From a virus (taxonomy: Duplodnaviria > Caudoviricetes), in the IMG/VR virus record IMGVR_UViG_3300030376_004325, positions 1 through 34,955 of that record: a DNA stretch of 34,955 nt; one strand, written 5' to 3'. Within the stretch, counting starts at the first letter, position 1; every line of letters starts with the position of its first letter. Shown here piece after piece: positions 16,114 through 26,138 of this stretch. The position numbers and the translations under genes are program-made. The notes below the pieces were generated by a model. That model had not been told where the DNA came from, did no database searches, and saw nothing but the letters and a program-made list of their open reading frames with translations.

Positions 16114-16389
16114 ATGCCAAACGTAATGATACCAGCAGCCAGCTTAATGATGGCTGGAGAAGACGGTGAGATGCTCTCGCCGGAACAAGGTGATTCAGTC
16201 TCCTTCACAATAGAGGGAACTGTATCAGGCGAAGACGGTGATATGCTTGAAATCGCTATGGAGACTGTAAACGGAGAGCCTGCTTACCCAGATGAAACCG
16301 TTAAGGAGGAAGTAGTGGAAGAAGGCCCAAACCGCGACGAACTAATGGCAGAGATGGTAAAAATCGACGCTCAGGGAGGAATGATGTAA
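16114..16389 (+). CDS. Acidic hypothetical protein
   Basis: Clean ORF in late operon. Confidence 0.75.
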   Translation: MPNVMIPAASLMMAGEDGEMLSPEQGDSVSFTIEGTVSGEDGDMLEIAMETVNGEPAYPDETVKEEVVEEGPNRDELMAEMVKIDAQGGMM

Positions 16390-16390
16390 T

Positions 16391-16681
16391 ATGCCGATAA
16401 TTGGAAAACCACTTGAAGGCCGTCAGTTTAAAACTGACGGGAGTAACAGCAACCAGAAGCCTATAGAAATAGAGGCTAGTATTGGAGACGGCACTACAGG
16501 CGGCTCTGCTACCCCTTTTCTAAAGCTAACTGGAACAGCAGCCGCCACAACTGACGGGGATAATAATATCACTACAGTAGACGTAACTGGCAGCGGAGGA
16601 GCACCGGGAGGGATGCACAAGGCAGTCCTCGTTGATGTCCTCGGCACTAAATACTGGATACCGCTGTATGCAGTAAGCTGA
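16391..16681 (+). CDS. Hypothetical virion protein
   Basis: Gly/Thr-rich, ends GTKYWIPLY. Confidence 0.75.
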   Translation: MPIIGKPLEGRQFKTDGSNSNQKPIEIEASIGDGTTGGSATPFLKLTGTAAATTDGDNNITTVDVTGSGGAPGGMHKAVLVDVLGTKYWIPLYAVS

Positions 16682-16941
16682 TGCCACTGCTTGATTATAA
16701 GAATACCGAGACGGGGGAGGTTAGGGAGTTCCTAGCCTCTCCTGATCTTGTTGAACGATTTGAAGGAGGCCAGAAGTGGATCAAGGTGGAAGTACCCACC
16801 AGTTTCAGCTTCGGAGGCCAACACAAACCACTCACACAGAAGCAGGAAGTGAAGCAGGCTTGCAGGTCTGCAGAGCTAAACTCTAAGGGGTGGAAGAGCC
16901 GTTATTCAAAGCGGCAAATGAAAAAGATTTGGAATTTATAA
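16681..16941 (+). CDS. Hypothetical protein (FmdB-like N-terminus lacking Cys)
   Basis: MPLLDYKNTETGEVRE; TGATG coupling. Confidence 0.7.
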   Translation: MPLLDYKNTETGEVREFLASPDLVERFEGGQKWIKVEVPTSFSFGGQHKPLTQKQEVKQACRSAELNSKGWKSRYSKRQMKKIWNL

Positions 16942-16945
16942 GACG

Positions 16946-17305
16946 ATGAGTAGACAGAATGATGCTTTAGCCAACTTTGGCGCGACAACGAACGAGGAAA
17001 TAGCTTTGGTAGCTGGAGAGACTAAGCTGCCAGTAGGATTAAACGATGAGTGTTCACCGGCTTTTCTGCTTATCCAGAACGTGGGCACTACTCCAGTTTT
17101 CTACCGGCTAGGCAACTCAAGTGATGCTCAGTTTGTTGGGACTACGAGCGGCCTATACACCGGCATTTTGGCAGCCTGCACAGCAGACGAGGACGGCACA
17201 GGTGGAGTGATCAGCTTTAGCGGATACACTGGCGGGATGTCATTCACAGTCGCAAGCGGCACAGGCAAGGTAAACGTCAGCCACAGCGGCAGATTGGGAG
17301 ACTAA
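16946..17305 (+). CDS. Hypothetical virion protein
   Basis: Beta-rich, LLIQNVGTTPVF. Confidence 0.75.
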   Translation: MSRQNDALANFGATTNEEIALVAGETKLPVGLNDECSPAFLLIQNVGTTPVFYRLGNSSDAQFVGTTSGLYTGILAACTADEDGTGGVISFSGYTGGMSFTVASGTGKVNVSHSGRLGD

Positions 17306-17308
17306 GCT

Positions 17309-19468
17309 ATGGGTATAGCCAACATAATTAACAACTCCACCACCACGAGTGGCGGGGAGATTGTCCGAGAGTTAGTTAATAGCTCAGACGGGCAGGGCTT
17401 GCATTTTGATGGTGCGGCGGGAAACATCGACATTGCCTCGCCACCAAAATTGGGAACCAAGTTTTCGTTTGAGTTTGTCATCAAAGCCGATAGTTGGACA
17501 ACAAATCCAAAGCAGATTTTTTTGACAGACTTTGGCTCAAGCGGCAGATTTGTTTTCGGAACGGGCAATTTCGCAAGCGGTGGAATTAATGGAAACCTTG
17601 GTGTTTATTCTGGCGGCTGGAGTAACCACGATTTTGGTGTAAAGGTTCTCGATGACTTAAAGGTTCATCATCTCGTTTTAACCGTGGATGGCACTTCGGC
17701 CACGCTTTACGACAACGGGAACCAAGTCGGCACGGCAACAATAGTGCTTCCAACCCTCGACAGCGCGGGGGATTTAGCAATCGGTTCGGCATATAATTCA
17801 GCTTCTACCTATAGTTTCAACGGCACTATATATCGTGCGAGGTTCTGGAACAAGACACTTGAACCAGACGAGGTGCAGACAGCCTTCGAGCGGGCAGACG
17901 TTGATTTTGCTGACCAGTATGGAAACGCATCGAACCAAGTTACCAACGGTAATTTTGAAACAAACACAAGTGGCTGGACATCCGAAAACACCTCTACTTT
18001 TCAACGCAATACTACTTCGCCAATCAGCGGAACTGGCGACTTGGAGTGGACTGGCGACGGCAGCGGATACCCCGGTGCAATAAGCAATTCTTTCAGCTTA
18101 ACTGCGGGGAAAAAATACCGAATTAAATTCACCTATCGGGTGACAAGTGGAACCGTCTACTTAAAGTTTGGCAAAACTGCTGGCGCGACATCGGCGGCGG
18201 TGGCGGGGATTAGCGAAGTGTCTTTAACTGCTTCGTCTAATACGGCATATGAGGCAACTGTTACACCGACAGAATCGACAACTGCTTACATTGTTTTTCG
18301 CGGCAATAACAACACAACCCCGACAATGTTCGTTGATTTGGTGGACTTTGTTCAAATTGGCGCGGCGGTTGACCTAGATTTGGCATTCGCAAACCCTGCG
18401 CAATCGCTGATGGTTCAAGACCGAAGCGGCGCAGCGGATGGCACTTGTTCAGCAAGCGGCGTGACGCAAGTTCAGCCGGTGGTTCAGTTAAACAGCACTT
18501 CAGCACGAATCGGCACTGTTGCAAGTGCTGTTGCAGACGGTTCATTGGCTATTGGTGATAAACAAGCTGATGCGCACTCCGATGCAAATGAATTAATTAT
18601 CGCAACTTCAGCAGGTAACGCTGGGCTGACGATTAACTCGGCAAACAATGCTGGCGGAATGATTTATTTTGCCGATGGCACAAGTGGAGCCGACTTATAT
18701 CGCGGCTATATGCTATACAGTCACACAACTAACGCGATGTCATTTGGGACGAATGCAACCACTCATCTGACGATAGCCAGCACCGGCTTGGCCACGTTTA
18801 CCAATGGCATCACCGTCAGCGGCGGCAACGTGCAAGTCGGCGCGTCAGCAGCGGCAGTTTCTAGCGGAAAGCTAATGTCGTATTTTGACGGCAACATCGG
18901 AAACGGTCTGCAAATTCACGACATAAATACCGGCGCGGGGACGGGTCACTTGGCTGCAATTTTCACGAGAAACACATCAGTAATTGGCAGCATTTCGACA
19001 ACCGCAAGCGCGACTGCATTCAACACAAGTTCCGACTATCGGTTAAAAGAAAATCTTACACCGTTGACCGGCGCACTAGACCGGCTCGACGCTTTGCCAG
19101 TTTACAGATTTAATTTCAAAGCCGACCCCGACACAACGGTTGACGGTTTCGTCGCGCACGAAGTTTCGGAACACGTTCCAGAGGCGATTACCGGCGAGAA
19201 AGATGCGATGCGAACTGTTGTTGTGCAGGAGGCAGTTGAGGCAGTTGAAGCAAAACCGGCAACCTACTGGGAAGAAGGAGACGAACTTCCCGAAGGTGTT
19301 GCAGTTGGCGATGAAAAGACACCGGCAGTTGAAGCGGTTGAAGCGGTTGCAGAAGTAACCGAAGAACAGCCCGATTATCAAGGCATTGACCAATCCAAGC
19401 TTGTGCCGCTTTTGGTTGCTTGCATTAAAGAGCTAAAATCAAAAGTAGAAACTTTAGAAAACGCATAA
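17309..19468 (+). CDS. Tail fibre/spike: LamG-like lectin + CBM-like domain + C-terminal Peptidase S74 chaperone
   Basis: HHLVLTVDG..LYDNG, FNGTIY.ARFWNKTL; VTNGNFE..SGW; TSSDYRLKEN, GFVAHEV, DQSKLVPLLV. Confidence 0.88.
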   Translation: MGIANIINNSTTTSGGEIVRELVNSSDGQGLHFDGAAGNIDIASPPKLGTKFSFEFVIKADSWTTNPKQIFLTDFGSSGRFVFGTGNFASGGINGNLGVYSGGWSNHDFGVKVLDDLKVHHLVLTVDGTSATLYDNGNQVGTATIVLPTLDSAGDLAIGSAYNSASTYSFNGTIYRARFWNKTLEPDEVQTAFERADVDFADQYGNASNQVTNGNFETNTSGWTSENTSTFQRNTTSPISGTGDLEWTGDGSGYPGAISNSFSLTAGKKYRIKFTYRVTSGTVYLKFGKTAGATSAAVAGISEVSLTASSNTAYEATVTPTESTTAYIVFRGNNNTTPTMFVDLVDFVQIGAAVDLDLAFANPAQSLMVQDRSGAADGTCSASGVTQVQPVVQLNSTSARIGTVASAVADGSLAIGDKQADAHSDANELIIATSAGNAGLTINSANNAGGMIYFADGTSGADLYRGYMLYSHTTNAMSFGTNATTHLTIASTGLATFTNGITVSGGNVQVGASAAAVSSGKLMSYFDGNIGNGLQIHDINTGAGTGHLAAIFTRNTSVIGSISTTASATAFNTSSDYRLKENLTPLTGALDRLDALPVYRFNFKADPDTTVDGFVAHEVSEHVPEAITGEKDAMRTVVVQEAVEAVEAKPATYWEEGDELPEGVAVGDEKTPAVEAVEAVAEVTEEQPDYQGIDQSKLVPLLVACIKELKSKVETLENA

Positions 19469-19472
19469 CAGA

Positions 19473-19817
19473 ATGATTGAAATTAACACAGTACCCACAG
19501 CGGAACTAAACGCCAGCAAGGTGGCAATCACACTCAACTCCGCACAGGAGTTTAGTATGCAATTCTCGGTAGCCGCATTTGGCAAAATCACAGATGCAGA
19601 AGGCAACGAAGTGTGGGGGCAGAACCCGCTCTACTCCGGTCTGCTGAATGTGACTGGCGATGCGTGGAACAACTGGGGAAGCGACAAGGATGACGCGACT
19701 TATGTTGGCGATTTAGCATTAGCCCAACTAAACCTCACCAGAGCACCAGAAGAAGCTCCAGAAGCTCCTGCTGAAGAAGCACCTGCAGAAGAGGCTGAAG
19801 AAGAAGCTAGTGAATGA
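19473..19817 (+). CDS. Hypothetical fibre-associated protein
   Basis: Follows fibre; Glu/Ala/Pro-rich tail. Confidence 0.75.
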   Translation: MIEINTVPTAELNASKVAITLNSAQEFSMQFSVAAFGKITDAEGNEVWGQNPLYSGLLNVTGDAWNNWGSDKDDATYVGDLALAQLNLTRAPEEAPEAPAEEAPAEEAEEEASE

Positions 19818-20209
19818 CAAACCTAATAGAGCAGGTAAATGTTGATCAGTTGGCAGAGCAGGCAATCGGACACTACGGTTGGCTGCTGGTTGCCGCTTTT
19901 GCGACACTGCTCTTTAAGGATGTTCTTTTTAATTTCGTACAAGGGATTCTAGTTTTTTGGGGGAGCAACTTTGAGAACGATGAGATCCTTTATATCAGTG
20001 GCCGGCAGGCTAGGGTGATAAGGCTTGGCCTCACCTCCTGTACGTTTTTCCTCACCGACAGGCAGACTAAGATGATAGTTCCCAACAGCCAGCTCAAGGA
20101 GCTTGTAGTGGAAAAGAAACTGCCAACTAACGGAGGGCAGGAGTACCTACCCAAAGGCAGCGAGAAGGGGCCAATGAGAGTTGAGTTGATAGATGCAGAG
20201 GACAAATAA
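19814..20209 (+). CDS. MscS-like (TM + beta domain) membrane protein
   Basis: FKDVLFNFVQGI, F..DEILYISG..ARVIRLGL, IVPNSQL. Confidence 0.72.
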   Translation: MTNLIEQVNVDQLAEQAIGHYGWLLVAAFATLLFKDVLFNFVQGILVFWGSNFENDEILYISGRQARVIRLGLTSCTFFLTDRQTKMIVPNSQLKELVVEKKLPTNGGQEYLPKGSEKGPMRVELIDAEDK

Positions 20210-20354
20210 AATAACTCTAATAATTTTCTTGGTAGCAGTTGCCTACTTCGGTGTACTGCTAACTGGCTGTATTAATTTGGACAAGGTTAAGACGCTAGAG
20301 ATTGACACTCCCTTTGTGGATTTAGAACTTACTGGGAAAGAAGCAAGTGAGTGA
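20193..20354 (+). CDS. Small lipoprotein (53 aa)
   Basis: MQRTNKITLIIFLVAVAYFGVLLTG-C lipobox; absent from ORF track. Confidence 0.7.
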   Translation: MQRTNKITLIIFLVAVAYFGVLLTGCINLDKVKTLEIDTPFVDLELTGKEASE

Positions 20355-20503
20355 ATTTCGACGATTTAAAGGTGCTTGCAGTTTCAGCAGCCGGAGTGGG
20401 GAACTGGGCAATAAATATAGACTTAGGTTTAAAGATAGTGCTGACAGGTTTGAGCATAGTCTATGTGCTCCTAAAGATTAAACAATTACTGAAGAAAGAA
20501 TAA
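20351..20503 (+). CDS. Small membrane protein, holin-like (50 aa)
   Basis: Hydrophobic segments with basic C-terminus LKIKQLLKKE; GTGA coupling. Confidence 0.65.
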   Translation: MNFDDLKVLAVSAAGVGNWAINIDLGLKIVLTGLSIVYVLLKIKQLLKKE

Positions 20504-20508
20504 TAAAG

Positions 20509-20745
20509 ATGTTAAAAAGCAAAACAATTTGGGCCTCTATTACGACCTTGGTAGCAGTAGCTGCCTCAGTGGCCACAGGCGAGGCAACGATCACAGAGGG
20601 GCTACAGATCGCAGTACCTGCGATTCTTGCGATGTTCCTGCGTCACGGTATCTCTAAGACACAGGATGCAGCAGAGGCAGCCGTAGAGGCAGCCAGCAGC
20701 GTAACACCAGCACCCAAGAAGAAGGCAGCAGCCAGCAAGGCGTAA
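20509..20745 (+). CDS. Putative holin
   Basis: MLKSKTIW, two TM segments, FLRHGI, basic tail. Confidence 0.65.
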   Translation: MLKSKTIWASITTLVAVAASVATGEATITEGLQIAVPAILAMFLRHGISKTQDAAEAAVEAASSVTPAPKKKAAASKA

Positions 20746-20748
20746 GCG

Positions 20749-21966
20749 ATGGGAACCTATTTGACGAAAGGGGAAACCTTTGCAACAGGCAACACTGTTA
20801 CGGCTGCCAAGCTGAACAACTTGGTGGACAACGCTACAGTGACAGCCGGCTCAATAGGTTCGACAGAATTAGCTACGAACGCTGTAACTGCTGACAAGAT
20901 CAGCACTGCATCCCCTCAGCCGGTAACTACCGGCACAATCAGGGACGGGGCAGTAAGCAACGCCAAACTGGCAGCTATGGGATCCCAGACTGTTAAGGTT
21001 AGGGCAACCAACAGCACAGGAGACGCTAGTGACTTGGGAATGATAGGGGGAGGAACAAACGGATCCTCTAAGATGCTGGTCGGCACAAGCGACAGCATCA
21101 ACGCTGTAGAAGCCAGCCAGTTCAAGCTGGTCAACAGCAGCAATGCAGATGTCACCAACAACACAGCGGCAAAGCTGAGGCTGCACACTACGGCAGTATC
21201 AGATTGGGACACTGTAGCAGCAGCAACTGACGTTCACGATGATAACGATAGGCTGCTAATCTATGACGCTGACGGGGTTTCCGGCTCCGTTGCATCACTG
21301 AAGCAGATTGCACCTAAGAAGCTCCTGCAGAGTCTGCCGGCTTCAACAGCATCCACAGGTGTGGTGAGAGTAGCCAGTGGGGCAGCAGTAACAGATCCCT
21401 TTAACGCTACAGTGGTAGAGGATGCTTTTGCTCCTACGCAGGCAATCAACTGCCCTATATTTGCAAAGGCTTGGGCGAGTATAAGCAGCTCTTTTCTGTA
21501 CACAGCAAGCACAGGTAATTTCTCATTAGATAATTCTTACAACATTGGTACAGAGCAATCTTCTGGAACACTTACAAGTGCAAAGAAGTACAAGATAATA
21601 GAGTACAAGAGTGGTGACGATTTCACCAACGTAGGAGCTTCTTCAAATGCAACTGGTCAGCAGTTTGTGGCATCAGGAACAACTCCTACAACTTGGACGA
21701 ACGGCAGCAGATTGGTTCTGGTTCCGATAGTGACTAGCCAAGGCGTAATTGAATTTAATTTTTCAGACGCTGTACCTTCAGACGATTATATCGTTCTGGT
21801 TACAAACGCAGTCTCTAAAGCTATAGGAAGCGGGGGGGAAGCCTGTTGGCCGTATGTAGACAATAAAACTACAAGCGGATTTCGAGTCACATTGCGAGAA
21901 GCAAGTGACGGATCGGTTTTGCAGACCCCACAGGTTTGTAAAATCCTAGTATTTGGACTTGGTTAA
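20749..21966 (+). CDS. Tail fibre / tail-associated protein
   Basis: VTAAKLNNLV N-terminus, AVTADKI / AVSNAKL repeats, AKAWA and DYIVLVT C-terminal domain. Confidence 0.75.
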   Translation: MGTYLTKGETFATGNTVTAAKLNNLVDNATVTAGSIGSTELATNAVTADKISTASPQPVTTGTIRDGAVSNAKLAAMGSQTVKVRATNSTGDASDLGMIGGGTNGSSKMLVGTSDSINAVEASQFKLVNSSNADVTNNTAAKLRLHTTAVSDWDTVAAATDVHDDNDRLLIYDADGVSGSVASLKQIAPKKLLQSLPASTASTGVVRVASGAAVTDPFNATVVEDAFAPTQAINCPIFAKAWASISSSFLYTASTGNFSLDNSYNIGTEQSSGTLTSAKKYKIIEYKSGDDFTNVGASSNATGQQFVASGTTPTTWTNGSRLVLVPIVTSQGVIEFNFSDAVPSDDYIVLVTNAVSKAIGSGGEACWPYVDNKTTSGFRVTLREASDGSVLQTPQVCKILVFGLG

Positions 21967-23144
21967 TGACACTTCTAGAAATAGCGAACTACGTCTGTAA
22001 TCTGGTTGGTAAAACTGATAGCACTAGCGTCACCAGATGCAAGGAGTACGTTCGACAGCATCATCAACTGATCTATGACTCAGCCCTCTGGAGGGAGAGC
22101 TTGGAAGTGGACAGGGTGACGATGCAGCCGGACGGCAGGATCGTTTACATCGAGGTCACTAGCGGCGGCAGTGGTTACACAGCAGCCCCTACTGTTGGTT
22201 TTACGAGTTCAACAGGTAGCAGTGCAACAGCCACAGCCAAGCTATTCAACGATTCAGTGGGGGAGGTAGTTCTTACCAATCCCGGCCAGAACTACGAGGA
22301 GGATCCTACAGTAACCTTCACAGGAGGATCCGGCACAGGAGCAGCAGCAACAGCCTACGCTTCTGGGTACGGTGACACAGTGGTGATGCCCCAGAACATC
22401 AGCAACGTATTGGCAATTACAGCAGACAATGACGAGCTTATCCCCTCAGAGATCATCACCCAGTTTATGGCAGATCCGGCATCACTTAACGAGAAAGGAA
22501 CTGCTCGTAAGTTTTCTCCTATTTCCAGTGTGGGCATTAATTTTGATCTCGTTAACGGCAGTGTTTACTTTGAAACAGTTGACGCTTCAGATGCTGGGAA
22601 GAAGGTCGAGGTAGTTGGCCGGCTGAAAGGTGATCCTAATCGGATCTACAAGGAGACGGTAACACTGGCAGCCAGCCCTTCGGTGAATGTCACTTTCGAG
22701 AGTTACTCAGAGATCACCTCACTAAGTAAGGAAGAGACGGCTGACACAATCATCGTAAAGAACATTACCGGCTATAATAAATTTTACTGGAACGCTTGGG
22801 AAACCAAGAGCGAGTTCCAGAGGGTCAGATTGTACAACCGCCCAGAGTTCAACGAGACAGAGCCAATCCAGTTGACGATCTTAGGCAAGAAGAAGATCCG
22901 GCCTTTAGTGGCTGACACTGATGCCCCTATGATCAGCGGGATAGATAACGCACTGATCAAGTACGGCACTGCTGATATGCTAAAGCGTCAGCGGCAGTAC
23001 GGCAAAGCCCAGCTTGAAACAGGTGAGGGCGATAGGTTGCTGGCAGTTGCTAGGGACGCAGAAACAAATCAAACAGCTAAGATTATGAGGATCACCCCTG
23101 AAGATCTTTCAGGAGCCTATACTCGAAATGATTTTAGCTTTTAG
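21966..23144 (+). CDS. Head-tail adaptor / tail tubular protein A-like with inserted domain
   Basis: MTLLEIANYV N-terminus, ALIKYG near C-terminus; position before tubular B. Confidence 0.7.
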   Translation: MTLLEIANYVCNLVGKTDSTSVTRCKEYVRQHHQLIYDSALWRESLEVDRVTMQPDGRIVYIEVTSGGSGYTAAPTVGFTSSTGSSATATAKLFNDSVGEVVLTNPGQNYEEDPTVTFTGGSGTGAAATAYASGYGDTVVMPQNISNVLAITADNDELIPSEIITQFMADPASLNEKGTARKFSPISSVGINFDLVNGSVYFETVDASDAGKKVEVVGRLKGDPNRIYKETVTLAASPSVNVTFESYSEITSLSKEETADTIIVKNITGYNKFYWNAWETKSEFQRVRLYNRPEFNETEPIQLTILGKKKIRPLVADTDAPMISGIDNALIKYGTADMLKRQRQYGKAQLETGEGDRLLAVARDAETNQTAKIMRITPEDLSGAYTRNDFSF

Positions 23145-23146
23145 CG

Positions 23147-24838
23147 ATGCCTGTCTATTTCAATGATGCACTTGACGATACGCTACTGTACGACAGGCAG
23201 GCTAGTTTCATAGGCGGTCAAGTCTCTAACTTTAGAGAAAACCTCCTCAACGAGTCACAGGCTGAACTGATCAAGGATCTGGCTCCTGAGATTAACGGAG
23301 TGCTCAAGACTCGCAGAGGCTTCCACAGATTTGCAAACCTTCTAGGCAGCACCAGCAGCAGCACCAACGTGCAGACGCTGCACTTCTTTGATTCCGACAG
23401 TAGAGAGAGATTGATAGCTGCAGTAAACGGCAGCCTTTACGAGATTGAGAGTAACGGCACAGTCACAGCAATCAGTGCAGTAGCCGGCTCTCTGGATCCA
23501 GCATCTACTCCGGCGTATATGTGCCAGATCGCTGATAAGATGTATTGGAGCAGCGACAGCAGCAGCAACAAGATTTTCGAGTTAAAGTATTCTGGCGGTG
23601 CTTGGGTGAAAACGGTCAGCACAGATACAACCTATCCGGCAGATGCAAAGTACCTGATAGCCAACTCTGGGCGAGTGTTCGCTTATGATCCCAGTGGGAA
23701 CCAGATTTTCGTTAGCACTATCCTCCCAAATTTAGCTTCTACGAGCACTCTGTTCACTACCGGGGGAACCACTATCAATCCCTTCAAAGTAGGCACAGGA
23801 GCCGAAACTGTGACGGGAATGTACTCTTGGGTAGGCACTAACGTGGTAGTCTTCTGTGAGAGTAGTGTTTATGTGGTGGATACCAACCCACTGACAGCAG
23901 CGGCAGCTTCAGCCGGCAACGCTACAAGCACTTTTACGATTCGGCAGGTCAGCAACAAATCAGGAGCTATCAGCCACAGGGCAGTAGCACAGGTAGGGGA
24001 GGATCTTCTTTACCTGAGCCGGGACGGAGTAAGGAGCCTCAAGCGTACAATGGCAGAGGAGATGGTAGCCGATACAGCCGGCGTGATCTCCTACCCAATT
24101 CAGAATTTAATTGATCGGATCAACTGGAGTGCAGCAGTGCAGAAAGCTGCAGCAACATTCTGGGGAGGTAACTACCTTCTCTCTGTTCCGCTTGATAGCA
24201 GTTCAGACAACAATGCCCTGCTGGTCTACAACGTAAACACTAACTCTTGGGGAGGCTTCTGGCAGGGTAATGCCAGCTATCAAGTTAAGGCTATCGACTT
24301 CGCAGTGGCAGCCTTCAACGGTTACGCTGAGAAGCTGATAGTTCTGGACAAGATCGGGAACCCCTTAGAGTTCAGGGACTACGTTAATCCTGACAACGCA
24401 GTAGCCACTGACTATCAGGACACTTTCGACGGGAGCACCTACCGAGACACAGCTTGGCAGGCAGTTACAAGAGGCTTGGCCTTTGGTGATCAGCTTAGTC
24501 CGAAGAGCGGTGACTTTGTAGAGTACGAATTTGATCGCAGTAATGCCAAGGTGGACATAATTCCAATCTTGGACGGGGATGAGGGAGAGAGAATAGTTAC
24601 CAATCTCGAAACAGGGTCAGGAGTAATTACACTAACAGCCTCAGCTCCGGTCTTACCCTTCACCCTGCCAGATGCGAAGGTGAGGAGATTCAGATACAGC
24701 CTCACACAGTACGATCCTTTCAGAGAGCTACAGTTTAAGCTGCAGCAGAGTACAGGAGACACAACAGGAGACAAGTATGTCGCTCTGAGGAGTATACAAG
24801 CCGGGGCGTTTATCGACACTATGGAGGCAGACCTTTGA
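23147..24838 (+). CDS. Tail tubular protein B / stabilisation protein (P22 gp10, T7 gp12 analogue)
   Basis: SFIGG, GVLKTRRG, LLYLSRDGVRSL, LVYNVNTNSW beta-propeller pattern. Confidence 0.8.
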   Translation: MPVYFNDALDDTLLYDRQASFIGGQVSNFRENLLNESQAELIKDLAPEINGVLKTRRGFHRFANLLGSTSSSTNVQTLHFFDSDSRERLIAAVNGSLYEIESNGTVTAISAVAGSLDPASTPAYMCQIADKMYWSSDSSSNKIFELKYSGGAWVKTVSTDTTYPADAKYLIANSGRVFAYDPSGNQIFVSTILPNLASTSTLFTTGGTTINPFKVGTGAETVTGMYSWVGTNVVVFCESSVYVVDTNPLTAAAASAGNATSTFTIRQVSNKSGAISHRAVAQVGEDLLYLSRDGVRSLKRTMAEEMVADTAGVISYPIQNLIDRINWSAAVQKAAATFWGGNYLLSVPLDSSSDNNALLVYNVNTNSWGGFWQGNASYQVKAIDFAVAAFNGYAEKLIVLDKIGNPLEFRDYVNPDNAVATDYQDTFDGSTYRDTAWQAVTRGLAFGDQLSPKSGDFVEYEFDRSNAKVDIIPILDGDEGERIVTNLETGSGVITLTASAPVLPFTLPDAKVRRFRYSLTQYDPFRELQFKLQQSTGDTTGDKYVALRSIQAGAFIDTMEADL

Positions 24839-25266
24839 TCACTTACGAGGATAAAGTAGCGAAGGCTGTAGAACTTTGTGCCGGGGGAAACAGGGAGGCA
24901 CACCTGTATCTGAATGTGATCTGCAAGGCGGCAAGGTTTATTGATGACCTGTTTGACGATCAGGACAAGTGGACAGGGGAGAAGACTTGCGATCTGGCCT
25001 TTCTGCTTCTGGTGGAGTTACCAGATAATCCTTTCTTTATCGCAAACAGGCACAGCCTTCTTCCGCTGCATATAGTTGCCTTGAATGCTTGGAAAGACGC
25101 TAACAGTTGGGAGGATGCTGGGGATACTAAGCGAACTTATGCGCTTGTGATCCGAGACACTTTAACAGAATTAGGCTTGATGACTGCCTTCCTCACAGGG
25201 GGAAAAGAGCATCTTGAGAAAGTTAGTTTGACAGTCAGAGAATTGTTTTTGAAAGAGGAATTTTAG
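24835..25266 (+). CDS. Hypothetical protein with DDxxD motif
   Basis: FIDDLFDD, LPDNPFF. Confidence 0.75.
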   Translation: MITYEDKVAKAVELCAGGNREAHLYLNVICKAARFIDDLFDDQDKWTGEKTCDLAFLLLVELPDNPFFIANRHSLLPLHIVALNAWKDANSWEDAGDTKRTYALVIRDTLTELGLMTAFLTGGKEHLEKVSLTVRELFLKEEF

Positions 25267-25268
25267 CT

Positions 25269-26138
25269 ATGGGAATGTATTCAGCAGATCCACCGGATCC
25301 CCCCGATTACGCAGCAGCGACACGCGAAGGCGTTGAGGCTGATATAGACAGTTTACCACTTAGGAAGCTAATCGAATCAGCCGCACGACAAGGCACTAAA
25401 GTCACCTACACAGATATGGATGGCAAAGAGAAGACTGTGGACTTCACAGGCTTTGGTGACGTTGACGAATCCCGTAAGGAGCTGGATTTCGCTGAAGAGT
25501 CTGCTGATCGGATGGCAAAGGCAATGCTCAACGTGCAAGAGAAGTACGGGGCTGACTTTGTTAAACAACGCCTGAAGGAGCTGGAGATCTCTGATCCTCA
25601 ATTTAGGAAGGTACGGGATGCACTCGGTAAGGCTGCTTTGGAGGATGTTGAGTCAGGTTACAAGCTGGCTCCCGGTATGCGGGATGAGGTGCAGCAAGCA
25701 ACCAGAGCCGCACAGTTCGCCAGAGGGAACGTCTTTGGTGCAGCACCAGCAGCAGAGGAGGCTTTCGAGGTAGGTAATGCAGCCTTCAGGTTAAGGCAGC
25801 AGCGTCTGGCTAATGCAGCCAGCTACCTATCAGGCACTACTCCTGTAGCTCAGTTTGGACAGATCGCAGGAGCACAACAGGGAGCTGCAGCTTTCAACCC
25901 TATGGGGATCCGAAGCGGCATAGGTCTGGATCCGAATGCAGGAGCCAGATCACTGGGCTTGGCACAGGGAGTCTATAATAATCAATTTCAGGATTATATG
26001 AACCAGCAACAGCAAGGGGCTGATATGTTTGGCTCTGTGGTTGGCCTTGGTTTAGGGGCGGCAACTGGCGGCCTGTTGGGAGGGGGAAAAGCGGGAGCTT
26101 TAAAAATGCTTACTAGCGGAGGAGGAGGTAAGTTCTGA
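25269..26138 (+). CDS. Putative DNA ejection / internal virion protein
   Basis: Ala/Gln/Gly-rich with hydrophobic Gly-rich C-terminus; position. Confidence 0.7.
   Translation: MGMYSADPPDPPDYAAATREGVEADIDSLPLRKLIESAARQGTKVTYTDMDGKEKTVDFTGFGDVDESRKELDFAEESADRMAKAMLNVQEKYGADFVKQRLKELEISDPQFRKVRDALGKAALEDVESGYKLAPGMRDEVQQATRAAQFARGNVFGAAPAAEEAFEVGNAAFRLRQQRLANAASYLSGTTPVAQFGQIAGAQQGAAAFNPMGIRSGIGLDPNAGARSLGLAQGVYNNQFQDYMNQQQQGADMFGSVVGLGLGAATGGLLGGGKAGALKMLTSGGGGKF

Noticed and set aside
19210-19370. EAVEAV acidic repeats in the S74 domain
   Set aside because: Ordinary low-complexity loop insertion; no DGR template/variable repeat or reverse transcriptase seen.
24835-25266. Terpene synthase / prenyltransferase call from DDLFD
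   Set aside because: Protein too short and a single motif is insufficient.
25408-25418. Extra ACACAGATATG copy
   Set aside because: About 140 nt inside a late gene, not at an annotated start; may be chance.
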